DNA from: a virus
Taxonomy: Duplodnaviria > Caudoviricetes
Length of the DNA: 61,011 nucleotides
Virus record (IMG/VR): IMGVR_UViG_3300025000_000107
Span: 1-61,011 of that record
Strand: one strand, 5' to 3'
Below, piece after piece: positions 38,705 through 47,143 of this stretch (positions are counted from its first letter, which is position 1; each line of letters begins with the position of its first letter). The notes beneath the pieces are model-generated. The model was given only the letters and a program-made list of their open reading frames with translations. It did not search any database and was not told the origin of the DNA. The translations under genes were made by a program, and so were the position numbers.

Positions 38705-39225
38705 TTCAATCCAAGATACTCAAAGTGTTTAAGGTTTGTCATAGCATCACAGAAGCAGTGCCACTCCTTCAGCTTATGGTTAGCTCTCTGAACCATAATG
38801 TTCCTGATCACCTTATAGTTGGTACAGACTGTACGACATTGAAGGAACCCTTCAGGCAAAGCATTCTTTATGAAGTCTATAGGAGCATTACCATCAATAC
38901 AACTGTTGAGATAGTTGAGGTAACTCGGAAGGATATTATCCTCGAAGTCTTCCTGAAGAAGTGGACGATTCTTTAGTGTATGAAGAGTAGCCTCTGACTG
39001 CTTAGTCATTCCAACCCTATAGGTATCAAACTCCTGCCACCAGTAACGAGGTGCATCTATATCCATCCAGACTACCATACTCTCAAGGAACTTATTATGT
39101 CCCTTATCTTTATTAGCTAAACCTAATGCAACCTTAGGCATATCCTCTGGCTTACGATCAAAGGACTTAGCCAACCCATGCATTGCACAATTGAAACCTG
39201 CTTCCTCAAGTATCTTAATCTTCAA
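38701..39225 (-). CDS. divergent ThyX-like protein
   Basis: HNKFLE...APRYWWQEFDTYRVG...ALPEG...TNY...QRANH...EW pattern; canonical RHR motif absent. Confidence 0.55.
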   Translation of the reverse strand: MKIKILEEAGFNCAMHGLAKSFDRKPEDMPKVALGLANKDKGHNKFLESMVVWMDIDAPRYWWQEFDTYRVGMTKQSEATLHTLKNRPLLQEDFEDNILPSYLNYLNSCIDGNAPIDFIKNALPEGFLQCRTVCTNYKVIRNIMVQRANHKLKEWHCFCDAMTNLKHFEYLGLK

Positions 39226-39433
39226 ATCTTTCTCCAGTGTGTATGATTTCTAAGACAGCTTCAAGAGTATTAAGATCTATATCATATGACTTCTCTTCAA
39301 CCTTCCTTTGGATATCTTTAAGATCTTTATAATTATATATCCAACCATTTGCCAGATCCTCACCTACAGCATATCTTATAATGTTACGGCTCATATAGTT
39401 CCTATAGGATATGGCAGTCCCACCACTGAACAA
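39215..39433 (-). CDS. hypothetical protein
   Basis: Operon position. Confidence 0.4.
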   Translation of the reverse strand: MFSGGTAISYRNYMSRNIIRYAVGEDLANGWIYNYKDLKDIQRKVEEKSYDIDLNTLEAVLEIIHTGERFED

Positions 39434-39594
39434 ATTTATCCTTGTCAGTGATAGACTCTGTCATCTGTGTTAAGTTCTTTTCTAACTCTTGCTTACTAAA
39501 TATATCGTAAGAGTTACCACAATTGTTTAACAAGTAGTAGTCGTCTCTCTTAGTTATATCTCCTATAAGGAATGATAGACACCCATTGAAAGCC

Positions 39595-39777
39595 TTACTT
39601 CCCATCAGACCTAGACCGCTTGGTGATACTAAACCCTGAGATAACCTCAAGGGATCTAATCTTATCAGCCTCAGGGAAGGTAACAAGGAAGTCATTCAAC
39701 GATTCTTTAGTCTCAAACTCTTCCACGAAAGAGTCACCAGTACTCATTTCAATTATGATCCAGAACTTAGGGTTCAA
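39595..39777 (-). CDS. hypothetical protein
   Basis: GGAGG RBS. Confidence 0.5.
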   Translation of the reverse strand: MNPKFWIIIEMSTGDSFVEEFETKESLNDFLVTFPEADKIRSLEVISGFSITKRSRSDGK

Positions 39778-39947
39778 TCAGATCCTCCCAGGGTAGAATG
39801 TAAAGTCGAACTCATCACACAGGTACTGAATGGCGTTCATCTCCCCCTCATTGGGTTCGTACTTGTGGTCCTTCTTGTAGATACAACCACCTACTTCGAA
39901 GAAGTTATCATAAAGATGTGCCCATGCTATCTGTTCTTTAGTGAGCA

Positions 39948-40634
39948 TCAGTTACCCATAGGGATCATAATAGGAATACCATTCACAATAATAGTAGCAC
40001 CCCTTATAGGTCTACCTAACTGAGTTTTGTTGTACCTAAACGGACTACCCTTATCTGAGATGAGACATCCAGCATCTACACCCCACAGCACCTTACTCCC
40101 ATTGTTAAATGCAGTAGCGCCAAACTTGGTATGTGAGTGACCTAATACTACAGAACGATTGAGAGTCTTAGCTGCACTAGCCGCACCACCACTAAGAGTG
40201 TGAGCTAGTAACCAGTTACTCCTATCAGAATCTACAGTGATACGTAACTCCTTCTTAAGCTTCCAAGTTTCAGGAGCACCTATAACATCCATGTATGGAA
40301 GAAGGAACTCTCTGGGTACACCAGATATACGAGATGCTTTGTATGCCCTATCGTCATGGTTAGAAGATAGGATATCTAAGGATGGAAAGATCTTAGCTAG
40401 ATCCTGTACAAACTTTCTCCCCTTCTTAAGCTCATCAGTCCAAGTATCTTTATGCTCAATAGATTTAGGATAAGAACTAACGGAATAGATATCAAGTACA
40501 TCACCCATATGGACCACCCTATCAGGCTTATAGTACTTCGAGACATCACTTAAGAAGTCGAGAGTATCTTTATGATGATATGGTGCATGTGTATCTCCAA
40601 GACAAAGAACTGCATTGTTCTCAAACCGTTTCAT
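39948..40634 (-). CDS. calcineurin-like metallophosphoesterase
   Basis: GDTH, GDVLD, SNHD, GHSH motifs. Confidence 0.85.
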   Translation of the reverse strand: MKRFENNAVLCLGDTHAPYHHKDTLDFLSDVSKYYKPDRVVHMGDVLDIYSVSSYPKSIEHKDTWTDELKKGRKFVQDLAKIFPSLDILSSNHDDRAYKASRISGVPREFLLPYMDVIGAPETWKLKKELRITVDSDRSNWLLAHTLSGGAASAAKTLNRSVVLGHSHTKFGATAFNNGSKVLWGVDAGCLISDKGSPFRYNKTQLGRPIRGATIIVNGIPIMIPMGN

Positions 40635-41127
40635 ACAGACCCCTCTTATATTCCCTCACATCTTCTAGACTCCACTCTCCATTACTTATAGCGCTTGGTA
40701 TCTCTTCTACCTTAAAGAATAGAATCTTATTCTTGAAGCACCACTCGCCTAAGCTCAGATAGGATCCATCTTTTCTTATCCTACAGCCAGCATATGCACG
40801 TTTTGATGGATCACTGAAGATGAATACTAACTCCTTATCGGGGTTGTCTCTTATAATTGCTAGATACTTTTGACAATCTGCTGACCCCTTAATCATATAA
40901 CCCTTTACCTCTAGTAATATATCAGGCTGATTAGGGTGAACAAAGTCTGGGTTGTATACGTGAGGAACTGTATAAGATACTTGAGATCCTTTAGGTTCAT
41001 ATATACAACTCTGAAGGTAGTCCTTAGCTACCTTATTCTCCAGTGTTGACTTATATATAGAACTCTTTCTAACCTCGATATCTTCCTTACTACAATATGC
41101 TCTTTTCTTTCTATATGTTCTCGACAA
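40621..41127 (-). CDS. T7 endonuclease I-like Holliday junction resolvase
   Basis: YKSTLE, YNPDF, LEVKG, SLGEWC. Confidence 0.8.
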   Translation of the reverse strand: MSRTYRKKRAYCSKEDIEVRKSSIYKSTLENKVAKDYLQSCIYEPKGSQVSYTVPHVYNPDFVHPNQPDILLEVKGYMIKGSADCQKYLAIIRDNPDKELVFIFSDPSKRAYAGCRIRKDGSYLSLGEWCFKNKILFFKVEEIPSAISNGEWSLEDVREYKRGLYETV

Positions 41128-41923
41128 ACTTAGCCTCGTAAGGGGGTTGACGTTTCTGTAAGATCCACAGCAGCTTACAGTTTTCTAACATGAATTGTTT
41201 CCAGTAAGAACCAAACCTACATTGATACTCCTTAGCTACAAGATTGAACATCTCTTCTTCAGTATCACATATGTTTATATAGTCTAGTACCTTAGCCTTA
41301 GCACCCAGACCATACAGCCCTAAGATGTTATCTGTTGTATCACCTGTGATTACTTGACGATAGAAAGCTGCATCAGCTTCTTGTTCTGATACCTCATACA
41401 ACCTATCTTCCATCCAGTTGTAATGACTACCCGGTATACAGTTGAGATCCTTATCTAGTGTGGCAACTATATCTACTCCTGGCCTATGGTCTAGGCCTAT
41501 TGTATCGTCAGCCTCCATCCCCACTGACACAGAAGCATCATAGTTATCCACAAGAAACTGCCTAATAGCATCCAAGTGAACGGGCTTTTGAATTGAAACA
41601 CGATTACCTTTATATGGTTGAATTGTTGCTACTTGATACCTGAAGTTGCTCTTGCCTGTAAGGTGTACCTTATAGTCTATACCAACCTTCTCGATGATAT
41701 TCTCTATGTAAGACATAGTAGACTTAGCTACCTTATCCCAGGGTTCAGGTTCGTAAAAGGTTTCTATAGCTGAATCATCCACACCATCAGCCTTTAGGAT
41801 CTTATTAAGCTGTACCTTGCTGTCAAAGACCTGACCTTTATAACGATATCGCTTGCCGTCGCATGCAGAACTAACAGCGTAGCAAACTATATCCCCGTCT
41901 ATGTTAGCTATAGCATCACTCAT
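41111..41923 (-). CDS. 5'-3' exonuclease (T7 gp6-like)
   Basis: IDGDIVCY, NFRY...YKGNR, EADD, DKDL, GDTTDNILG. Confidence 0.9.
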   Translation of the reverse strand: MSDAIANIDGDIVCYAVSSACDGKRYRYKGQVFDSKVQLNKILKADGVDDSAIETFYEPEPWDKVAKSTMSYIENIIEKVGIDYKVHLTGKSNFRYQVATIQPYKGNRVSIQKPVHLDAIRQFLVDNYDASVSVGMEADDTIGLDHRPGVDIVATLDKDLNCIPGSHYNWMEDRLYEVSEQEADAAFYRQVITGDTTDNILGLYGLGAKAKVLDYINICDTEEEMFNLVAKEYQCRFGSYWKQFMLENCKLLWILQKRQPPYEAKFVENI

Positions 41924-42082
41924 TTCTTTTTGGTATCAGGCTCATTAGGAACATAAGAGGACCTGCAAATCCTAGGAAAGCTATAGGTATAAGATCACTA
42001 GCCTCTATCTTGAACTGATCTCTTAGCAAGTCACGAACCACCAGACCCATACCCACTACCCACCATAACAGTACGAAGCCTG

Positions 42083-42343
42083 TCATTTCCTAATCTCCTC
42101 CCAGTGCATCTGTGCCCTATAGGCCTCATAGACATTGTTATATTTGTATCTACCATCAGGAGATGCCCACTTAGCACCTTCCTTCTTCCAGCCCCTATCA
42201 GTTATCAGGTTCCAACATCGAACGTAATCGCTTTGATATCCAACTAGATCATCCTTAGAGATAGTAGTCGCCTCCCCTGAATCGTCATACTTAACCCACC
42301 AATCGAACGTAGATGAACCCTCTCTGATTTTCTCAGTCATCAA
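42083..42343 (-). CDS. hypothetical protein
   Basis: Coupled to SSB stop. Confidence 0.5.
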   Translation of the reverse strand: MMTEKIREGSSTFDWWVKYDDSGEATTISKDDLVGYQSDYVRCWNLITDRGWKKEGAKWASPDGRYKYNNVYEAYRAQMHWEEIRK

Positions 42344-42837
42344 AACTCTCCGTTATCGTCGTCGTTATCTTCAGTCTCTGTCTCATCAGAGAACTCATCA
42401 GTTCCATCAACTACATCGAACTCATCAGCATTCGGATCACCACCAGTACCACCTGCATAAGCTACTAAGTCTACGATCTGGATAGCCTGAAGGTCAGCAC
42501 TCAACCCCTTCTTACCTTTATACTCCCAGGCATAAGGAGCAAACTGTACATTGACGATACTCCCATTACCTATAATACCATCGAAGGTGTTCTTCCCTGC
42601 ATCTACTACTCTGGGTGGTGGGTTCTTTCCGATAACCTCTTTACCCTTCTTCTTATCTACGTTACGTTTGAACTTGTACTCATAGACATCATCATCGTTC
42701 CGCTTTACCTTCAGCCCTATACCCTTCAGCTTCTTAGCCTCAGCATCTGACAGGAGAAGAGTTACCCTCCAGCAAGGATCGAACTTAGTATCAGGCTGTT
42801 TGGTGTAACTCCACATTGCGATTCCAGTAGTCTTCAT
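42340..42837 (-). CDS. single-stranded DNA-binding protein (T7 gp2.5-like)
   Basis: PRVVDA...IGNGSIVNV...LQAIQIVDLV; acidic tail ending in F. Confidence 0.85.
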   Translation of the reverse strand: MKTTGIAMWSYTKQPDTKFDPCWRVTLLLSDAEAKKLKGIGLKVKRNDDDVYEYKFKRNVDKKKGKEVIGKNPPPRVVDAGKNTFDGIIGNGSIVNVQFAPYAWEYKGKKGLSADLQAIQIVDLVAYAGGTGGDPNADEFDVVDGTDEFSDETETEDNDDDNGEF

Positions 42838-43361
42838 ATTGTAACTCCCATGTTTGATCTGATAGTCTTGATGATACGCTTCTTCATATAGCCAGTTTTC
42901 CTAATCGTTACTCCGGCTGCCTTAGCAACCTCAGCTTTAGGATCGCTGTGGACAATAAGCCCATAATAAATGATTCTATCCTGTGTATCTGTGGGTGCTA
43001 GTCCCTCTATGATCCCTTCGTTATCATCACCCTCCTCGTAGATATCCTCAGTTCTAGGCTCATCATCTGTCTCAACAACATTACAGAAAGGGACCTCCAT
43101 CTCTTCTTGTTTCTGTATCTTCTTTAAGAACCATATCATCTCATAGCGTATAGCATTAGATGCATAAGTATTAAACTGGAAGCCACGATCAGGGTCAAAC
43201 TTCAGTGATGCCTTACGTAAGGACACCATACCTATACCCATGAGATCATCTCGGTGGCTAGAGTACCTTCTGTTTCTTTCTCGTGATAGGAACTCATCTA
43301 CTACCACCTCAACCATTCCGAAGAATGTCTCACATAAGTCCTTACGTTCTTGATCTGTCAT
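42834..43361 (-). CDS. phage sigma-70-family RNA polymerase sigma factor
   Basis: Region 2 DDLMGIGMVSLRKASLKFDPDRGFQFNTYA; C-terminal HTH KAEVAKAAGVT. Confidence 0.8.
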   Translation of the reverse strand: MTDQERKDLCETFFGMVEVVVDEFLSRERNRRYSSHRDDLMGIGMVSLRKASLKFDPDRGFQFNTYASNAIRYEMIWFLKKIQKQEEMEVPFCNVVETDDEPRTEDIYEEGDDNEGIIEGLAPTDTQDRIIYYGLIVHSDPKAEVAKAAGVTIRKTGYMKKRIIKTIRSNMGVTI

Positions 43362-43501
43362 ATCTTCCTCTTAATTGTTAGCAACTTCCATATCTTAGGG
43401 CTCCTTAAGATATACGCATGATCAACCTCATTGTATGGTACTGTAATGATCTCTCTCCTACTACTACTGAGTGTATTAACTACGAGGAGGAACATCTTCA
43501 C
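43358..43501 (-). CDS. microprotein family member A1 (47 aa, ends LTIKRKI)
   Basis: Hand-translated MKMFLLVVNT...RREI...KLLTIKRKI; GTGA/ATGA overlaps. Confidence 0.6.
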   Translation of the reverse strand: MKMFLLVVNTLSSSRREIITVPYNEVDHAYILRSPKIWKLLTIKRKI

Positions 43502-43647
43502 AGCACCCTCCTCACCCTCAGCACCGCATAGACTTCAGGTCTGTTGTGTACAAACTCCTCTATATCTTTAGACATTGGTTGACCATACATACTTCTATTA
43601 AGTCTATTGTCATATACCCCAACAAACAACATGTACTTAAATTGCAT
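43498..43647 (-). CDS. microprotein family member A2 (49 aa, ends LRVRRVL)
   Basis: Hand-translated MQFKYMLFVG...NRSM...AVLRVRRVL; CACTATATAA upstream at 43660-43669. Confidence 0.6.
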   Translation of the reverse strand: MQFKYMLFVGVYDNRLNRSMYGQPMSKDIEEFVHNRPEVYAVLRVRRVL

Positions 43648-43671
43648 AGCCTATATTATTTATATAGTGTA

Positions 43672-43815
43672 TCATTGTATGAACTCCTTCACCTTTAGGA
43701 TCCTATAAGATTGTAATCCAGATTTAGACTTTAGAAAACGACGACTACCAATATCTGATATATGACAAATTATTTTCCTATTAGTAAATCCTATTATAAA
43801 CAATAGCTTCCTCAA
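43672..43815 (-). CDS. microprotein family member A3 (47 aa, ends LKVKEFIQ)
   Basis: TTG start overlapping HNH stop: MRKLLFIIGFTNRKI...ILKVKEFIQ. Confidence 0.5.
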   Translation of the reverse strand: MRKLLFIIGFTNRKIICHISDIGSRRFLKSKSGLQSYRILKVKEFIQ

Positions 43816-44282
43816 TGTACATCTCCCCAATTCTTTCCAGATAAGATACCAAGTGTTGATCCTTTCGGATAACCAAAAGATACTAAACACTTTAATCTAT
43901 AACCGATAGATATTAAGAATCTTATATCAATAACCTCATCTTCTACTAATAAAGATCTTGCATTCATTGAACCTTTAGCGCTTCTCCTCCCAGAATTATA
44001 AGAGTGTTTTATATTATCTCCATGAGATAACCACCTAAGATTATCAAGATTATTGTTTAACTTGTTTCCATCTATATGGTCTACATCTGATAGATGATAT
44101 GGGTTTGGTAGGTACACCTCAGCAACCAGCCTATGTATAGCTTTACATACCCTTCTCTTATCTGTATTAATGTTGACAATTAAATACCCTCTCCCATTAT
44201 CATAAGATTTAATAATACCACCAAACTTATTGAAAACTTCTCCATTAGTCGTAACATGATACGAGTAATAGTTCTGATCCAT
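43812..44282 (-). CDS. HNH homing endonuclease (HNH_3 type)
   Basis: IHRLVAEVYLPNP...VDHIDGNKLNNNLDNLRW...NIKH; CACTATATAG at 44341-44350. Confidence 0.9.
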   Translation of the reverse strand: MDQNYYSYHVTTNGEVFNKFGGIIKSYDNGRGYLIVNINTDKRRVCKAIHRLVAEVYLPNPYHLSDVDHIDGNKLNNNLDNLRWLSHGDNIKHSYNSGRRSAKGSMNARSLLVEDEVIDIRFLISIGYRLKCLVSFGYPKGSTLGILSGKNWGDVH

Positions 44283-44356
44283 AGTGCACCACCATTAGGT
44301 TTAGGTTATAACTCTTAAGATTATCCCTACGAACTATAACCTATATAGTGTATGGA

Positions 44357-45442
44357 TCAGTGAACGTCAGCCCACGTCATACCTATCTTCACATCAGCAT
44401 CTATAGGAGTAATTAGATTCAACTGGTCTTGAACCATATTAGCACCAAGTTTAATTATACGAGATGCTTCTTCTGCATGATCAGGAAGACACCTATAACC
44501 AGCCTCATCGTGGTATTCCAGCATTTGTCTGCAGTAGATTCCTGAACTTTCAATCATCCTATTTGTATTGATTAACCACATCTTGAATATAAGTGCAGCT
44601 GTACTTTGAATAGCTGTATTAAGAAGCTTATACTCTTGACGTACTTGAATTCTTCTACCATCGAGACCTACAATATACTTATTCTTCTTAAAGAATTTAG
44701 TAAGATAATCTACAATCATCTTGACTCCTAGATTACCAGACCAAAAGTTATCAATATATATCTCAGCTTGTTCTTCAGAGCACCCTAATATTCTCGAAAG
44801 CTTAGGTGCTCTAGCTCCGTAGAAGATCGCATATTGAAAACTTTTCGCAGTGTTTCTAGTACTTTGGATGAGGTCAGCGTTGTACTGATGAAGATCAGGA
44901 ACAGAGTTTATCACATCCCAATAGGCACCACCATCAAACAGTGAGGCCCAGTGTGCTGTGACCCTAGCCTCAATAGCCTTGAGGTCAGCACCTATCATTA
45001 CATAAGGTGCCCACACCCTGAAGAGGGACCGCATCTCAGTACCGTAGATTACTTTAGGGTCAGCCTTTGGTACATTACAGACAGCACCACTATGTGTAGT
45101 CCTGCCAGTAGGTGTAGCACATGGCATCCCTTCAGCAGATACCCTACCATCACTCCTTACCTTAGAAAGGATACCCTTATTCTCAGGGTCCTTTATGTTC
45201 TCGATGGTTCTCCTTCTATGTACAAGGACGTTCCTTCGAGCTACTAGTTGGCCTGTCTTACCTTGAATAGAGTCGAATGAATCCTCAGTTAGCTTAGGTG
45301 ATGTAGGTTCCTTAGTCTTCTTGTTATAGTTGAACTGAGTAGGAACCCAACCAACAGATAGTAAGAATGCTTTTACTTGTTCATGACTATTGAGGTTGAT
45401 TCGTTCGTACTTGATCTTACAATAAGGTCCTCGTATATTCAA
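44357..45442 (-). CDS. family A DNA polymerase, polymerase domain (T7-like)
   Basis: ATPTGR, motif A GADLKAIEAR, motif B AKSFQYAIFYG, motif C YHDE. Confidence 0.95.
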   Translation of the reverse strand: MNIRGPYCKIKYERINLNSHEQVKAFLLSVGWVPTQFNYNKKTKEPTSPKLTEDSFDSIQGKTGQLVARRNVLVHRRRTIENIKDPENKGILSKVRSDGRVSAEGMPCATPTGRTTHSGAVCNVPKADPKVIYGTEMRSLFRVWAPYVMIGADLKAIEARVTAHWASLFDGGAYWDVINSVPDLHQYNADLIQSTRNTAKSFQYAIFYGARAPKLSRILGCSEEQAEIYIDNFWSGNLGVKMIVDYLTKFFKKNKYIVGLDGRRIQVRQEYKLLNTAIQSTAALIFKMWLINTNRMIESSGIYCRQMLEYHDEAGYRCLPDHAEEASRIIKLGANMVQDQLNLITPIDADVKIGMTWADVH

Positions 45443-45446
45443 TTCA

Positions 45447-45608
45447 TTACCACCAAAAATGTAGTAAACATTTATCTATCTTGTTATCCTTTAAGAAAGC
45501 TATAAGATTAGGACAACCATCTTCATACTCTTCGTAATCCTCCTCTAACTCTCCCTCATCATTAATGAACCAATCGTCCTCATCATACACCTCAATCCAA
45601 AAGTTCAC
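45447..45608 (-). CDS. highly acidic 53-aa microprotein
   Basis: Hand-translated MNFWIEVYDEDDWFINDEGELEEDYEEYEDG...HFWW; GTGA overlap. Confidence 0.5.
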   Translation of the reverse strand: MNFWIEVYDEDDWFINDEGELEEDYEEYEDGCPNLIAFLKDNKIDKCLLHFWW

Positions 45609-45736
45609 ACCACCCTCTTAACCTTTAGTCCTATGAACGGGTCGATGTAGTAGTCCTTACAGCTACCTGTAGTTATACTTCTCGAAGAACTATCAGGGCT
45701 ACCTCTCCACATTATGATAAAGAACCACACACTCAT
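45605..45736 (-). CDS. microprotein family member B2 (43 aa, ends LKVKRVV)
   Basis: Hand-translated MSVWFFIIMW...SRSI...GLKVKRVV. Confidence 0.6.
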   Translation of the reverse strand: MSVWFFIIMWRGSPDSSSRSITTGSCKDYYIDPFIGLKVKRVV

Positions 45737-45942
45737 ATAGCCCTCTTTAGTTTTAGTGCCACACAATGCATCTCTGGATGGATGTAGTATCCTCCACCCC
45801 TGAAGTATCCTCTGGTTCTAGTACCTAGATTAGAGAGTGAGTGGATTGGGTAGACGCTTTTGCACATAGGATTCATATCTGATAAGAAATAAACACCATC
45901 CTTTAATCCCTCAACCTTATCTCGTATCATATAGAATATCAT
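45733..45942 (-). CDS. microprotein family member B3 (69 aa, ends LKLKRAI)
   Basis: ORF track; MIFYMI start; ATGA overlaps on both ends. Confidence 0.6.
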   Translation of the reverse strand: MIFYMIRDKVEGLKDGVYFLSDMNPMCKSVYPIHSLSNLGTRTRGYFRGGGYYIHPEMHCVALKLKRAI

Positions 45943-46076
45943 AGTCTCCTCTTAATCGTTAGCTTTCTCCACCTAGAGTACTCATCATCGTACAAACTAG
46001 CCGTGCTTACTGAGTATATATTCCTAGTGAAATCCTGATCACCGTACATCATCAGAAGGTGAAACGATTTCCTCAT
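45939..46076 (-). CDS. microprotein family member B4 (45 aa, ends LTIKRRL)
   Basis: Hand-translated MRKSFHLLMMYG...TRNI...KLTIKRRL; overlaps end of exonuclease ORF. Confidence 0.55.
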   Translation of the reverse strand: MRKSFHLLMMYGDQDFTRNIYSVSTASLYDDEYSRWRKLTIKRRL

Positions 46077-46776
46077 TAGCTATCCACTTCTTAGTGGCCT
46101 CATTATATGTTCCATCCTTCTTGAATGGTAGAGTCCCTATATCCAAGTTACCAACACCGATCACCCTCATAGGCATCACCTCATACAGCAGCTTATCCAA
46201 CTCAGCGATCTCAGTATCCATCCTGACTATCAGATCTTCAGCCAGCCCAACATCTATATCGACACCCTCGATCTCTTGAGCTGCACGATACATAGCGAAG
46301 TCTTGCTCTATCTCAAGAGACCTGATCCAGTTCCATGATTGACAGTACCTTTCTACTAGGTACTCATAGGTCATTACATTTATCTCTACATCCTCTGAGC
46401 ACCTGAACAACATATCCTCAGAGAACACTGACCAATCCTCATGTACTGGTTTGCTTCTCCTGAACTGCTCTCCGTATGACTCAAGAGAATGACCCCCGAA
46501 TCTCTCGGGATTAAATAGCTTGGACATACAGAGAGTATCCTTCAGCTTCTTATGAGTGAAGGATGGATACAACTTCTTGATAGCTGGTATATCAAACCCG
46601 CAGATGTTGTGTCCTACTATCTGCTCGGCACTACTAAGTAAGGCAAGGCCTTCCTCTATCTGATGTGGTCTGAACTTGAACACCTCTCTAGTCTTCAAGT
46701 CCTTAGCCACTATACAGTGTATGGTGTGGATATCATACAACAATCCGTTACCTTCTAAATCGAAAACGAGTCGCAT
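46039..46776 (-). CDS. DNA polymerase 3'-5' exonuclease domain (separate ORF)
   Basis: ExoI FDLEGNGL, ExoII GHNICGFD, HSLESYG, ExoIII RCSEDV. Confidence 0.9.
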   Translation of the reverse strand: MRLVFDLEGNGLLYDIHTIHCIVAKDLKTREVFKFRPHQIEEGLALLSSAEQIVGHNICGFDIPAIKKLYPSFTHKKLKDTLCMSKLFNPERFGGHSLESYGEQFRRSKPVHEDWSVFSEDMLFRCSEDVEINVMTYEYLVERYCQSWNWIRSLEIEQDFAMYRAAQEIEGVDIDVGLAEDLIVRMDTEIAELDKLLYEVMPMRVIGVGNLDIGTLPFKKDGTYNEATKKWIANEEIVSPSDDVR

Positions 46777-46822
46777 TATTTGTTGATACTTATTAAGTCT
46801 TTTAGAACCATGCTTAACTCCT

Positions 46823-46960
46823 CTATAGACGCCTCTTCACCTTCAGTGGATGGAAGCCTTCACGTGCTTTCGGAGCTGTTGGTTGTTGATAGATTCTAAT
46901 CTGTCTCATCATTGACCAGTGCCAATCATAGTACCCATACAGCATCGTGAAGTGTATCAT
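46823..46960 (-). CDS. microprotein family member C1 (45 aa, ends LKVKRRL)
   Basis: Hand-translated MIHFTMLYG...MRQI...PLKVKRRL. Confidence 0.6.
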   Translation of the reverse strand: MIHFTMLYGYYDWHWSMMRQIRIYQQPTAPKAREGFHPLKVKRRL

Positions 46961-47085
46961 AGCACCCTCTTAATCTTCAGCTCTACAAGTTTCTTCTTCA
47001 AGATAAACCCACCATGAGCTAAACCTAGACGCTGCTTTATAGGTTCTCCATGCCCAAGGTACATATGTGATTGTACATAGAACAT
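46957..47085 (-). CDS. microprotein family member C2 (42 aa, ends LKIKRVL)
   Basis: Hand-translated MFYVQSH...ELKIKRVL. Confidence 0.5.
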   Translation of the reverse strand: MFYVQSHMYLGHGEPIKQRLGLAHGGFILKKKLVELKIKRVL

Positions 47086-47143
47086 CCCTACCCATCCCGA
47101 TGGGTTTAGAGTATCACGTCAGGGCTTATTACAAAACCAGAAC

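Noticed and set aside
45443-46038. Group I/II intron in the DNA polymerase gene
   Set aside because: The interval is tiled with coupled small ORFs. I could not find P7/catalytic core or domain V motifs, and there is no internal endonuclease or maturase.
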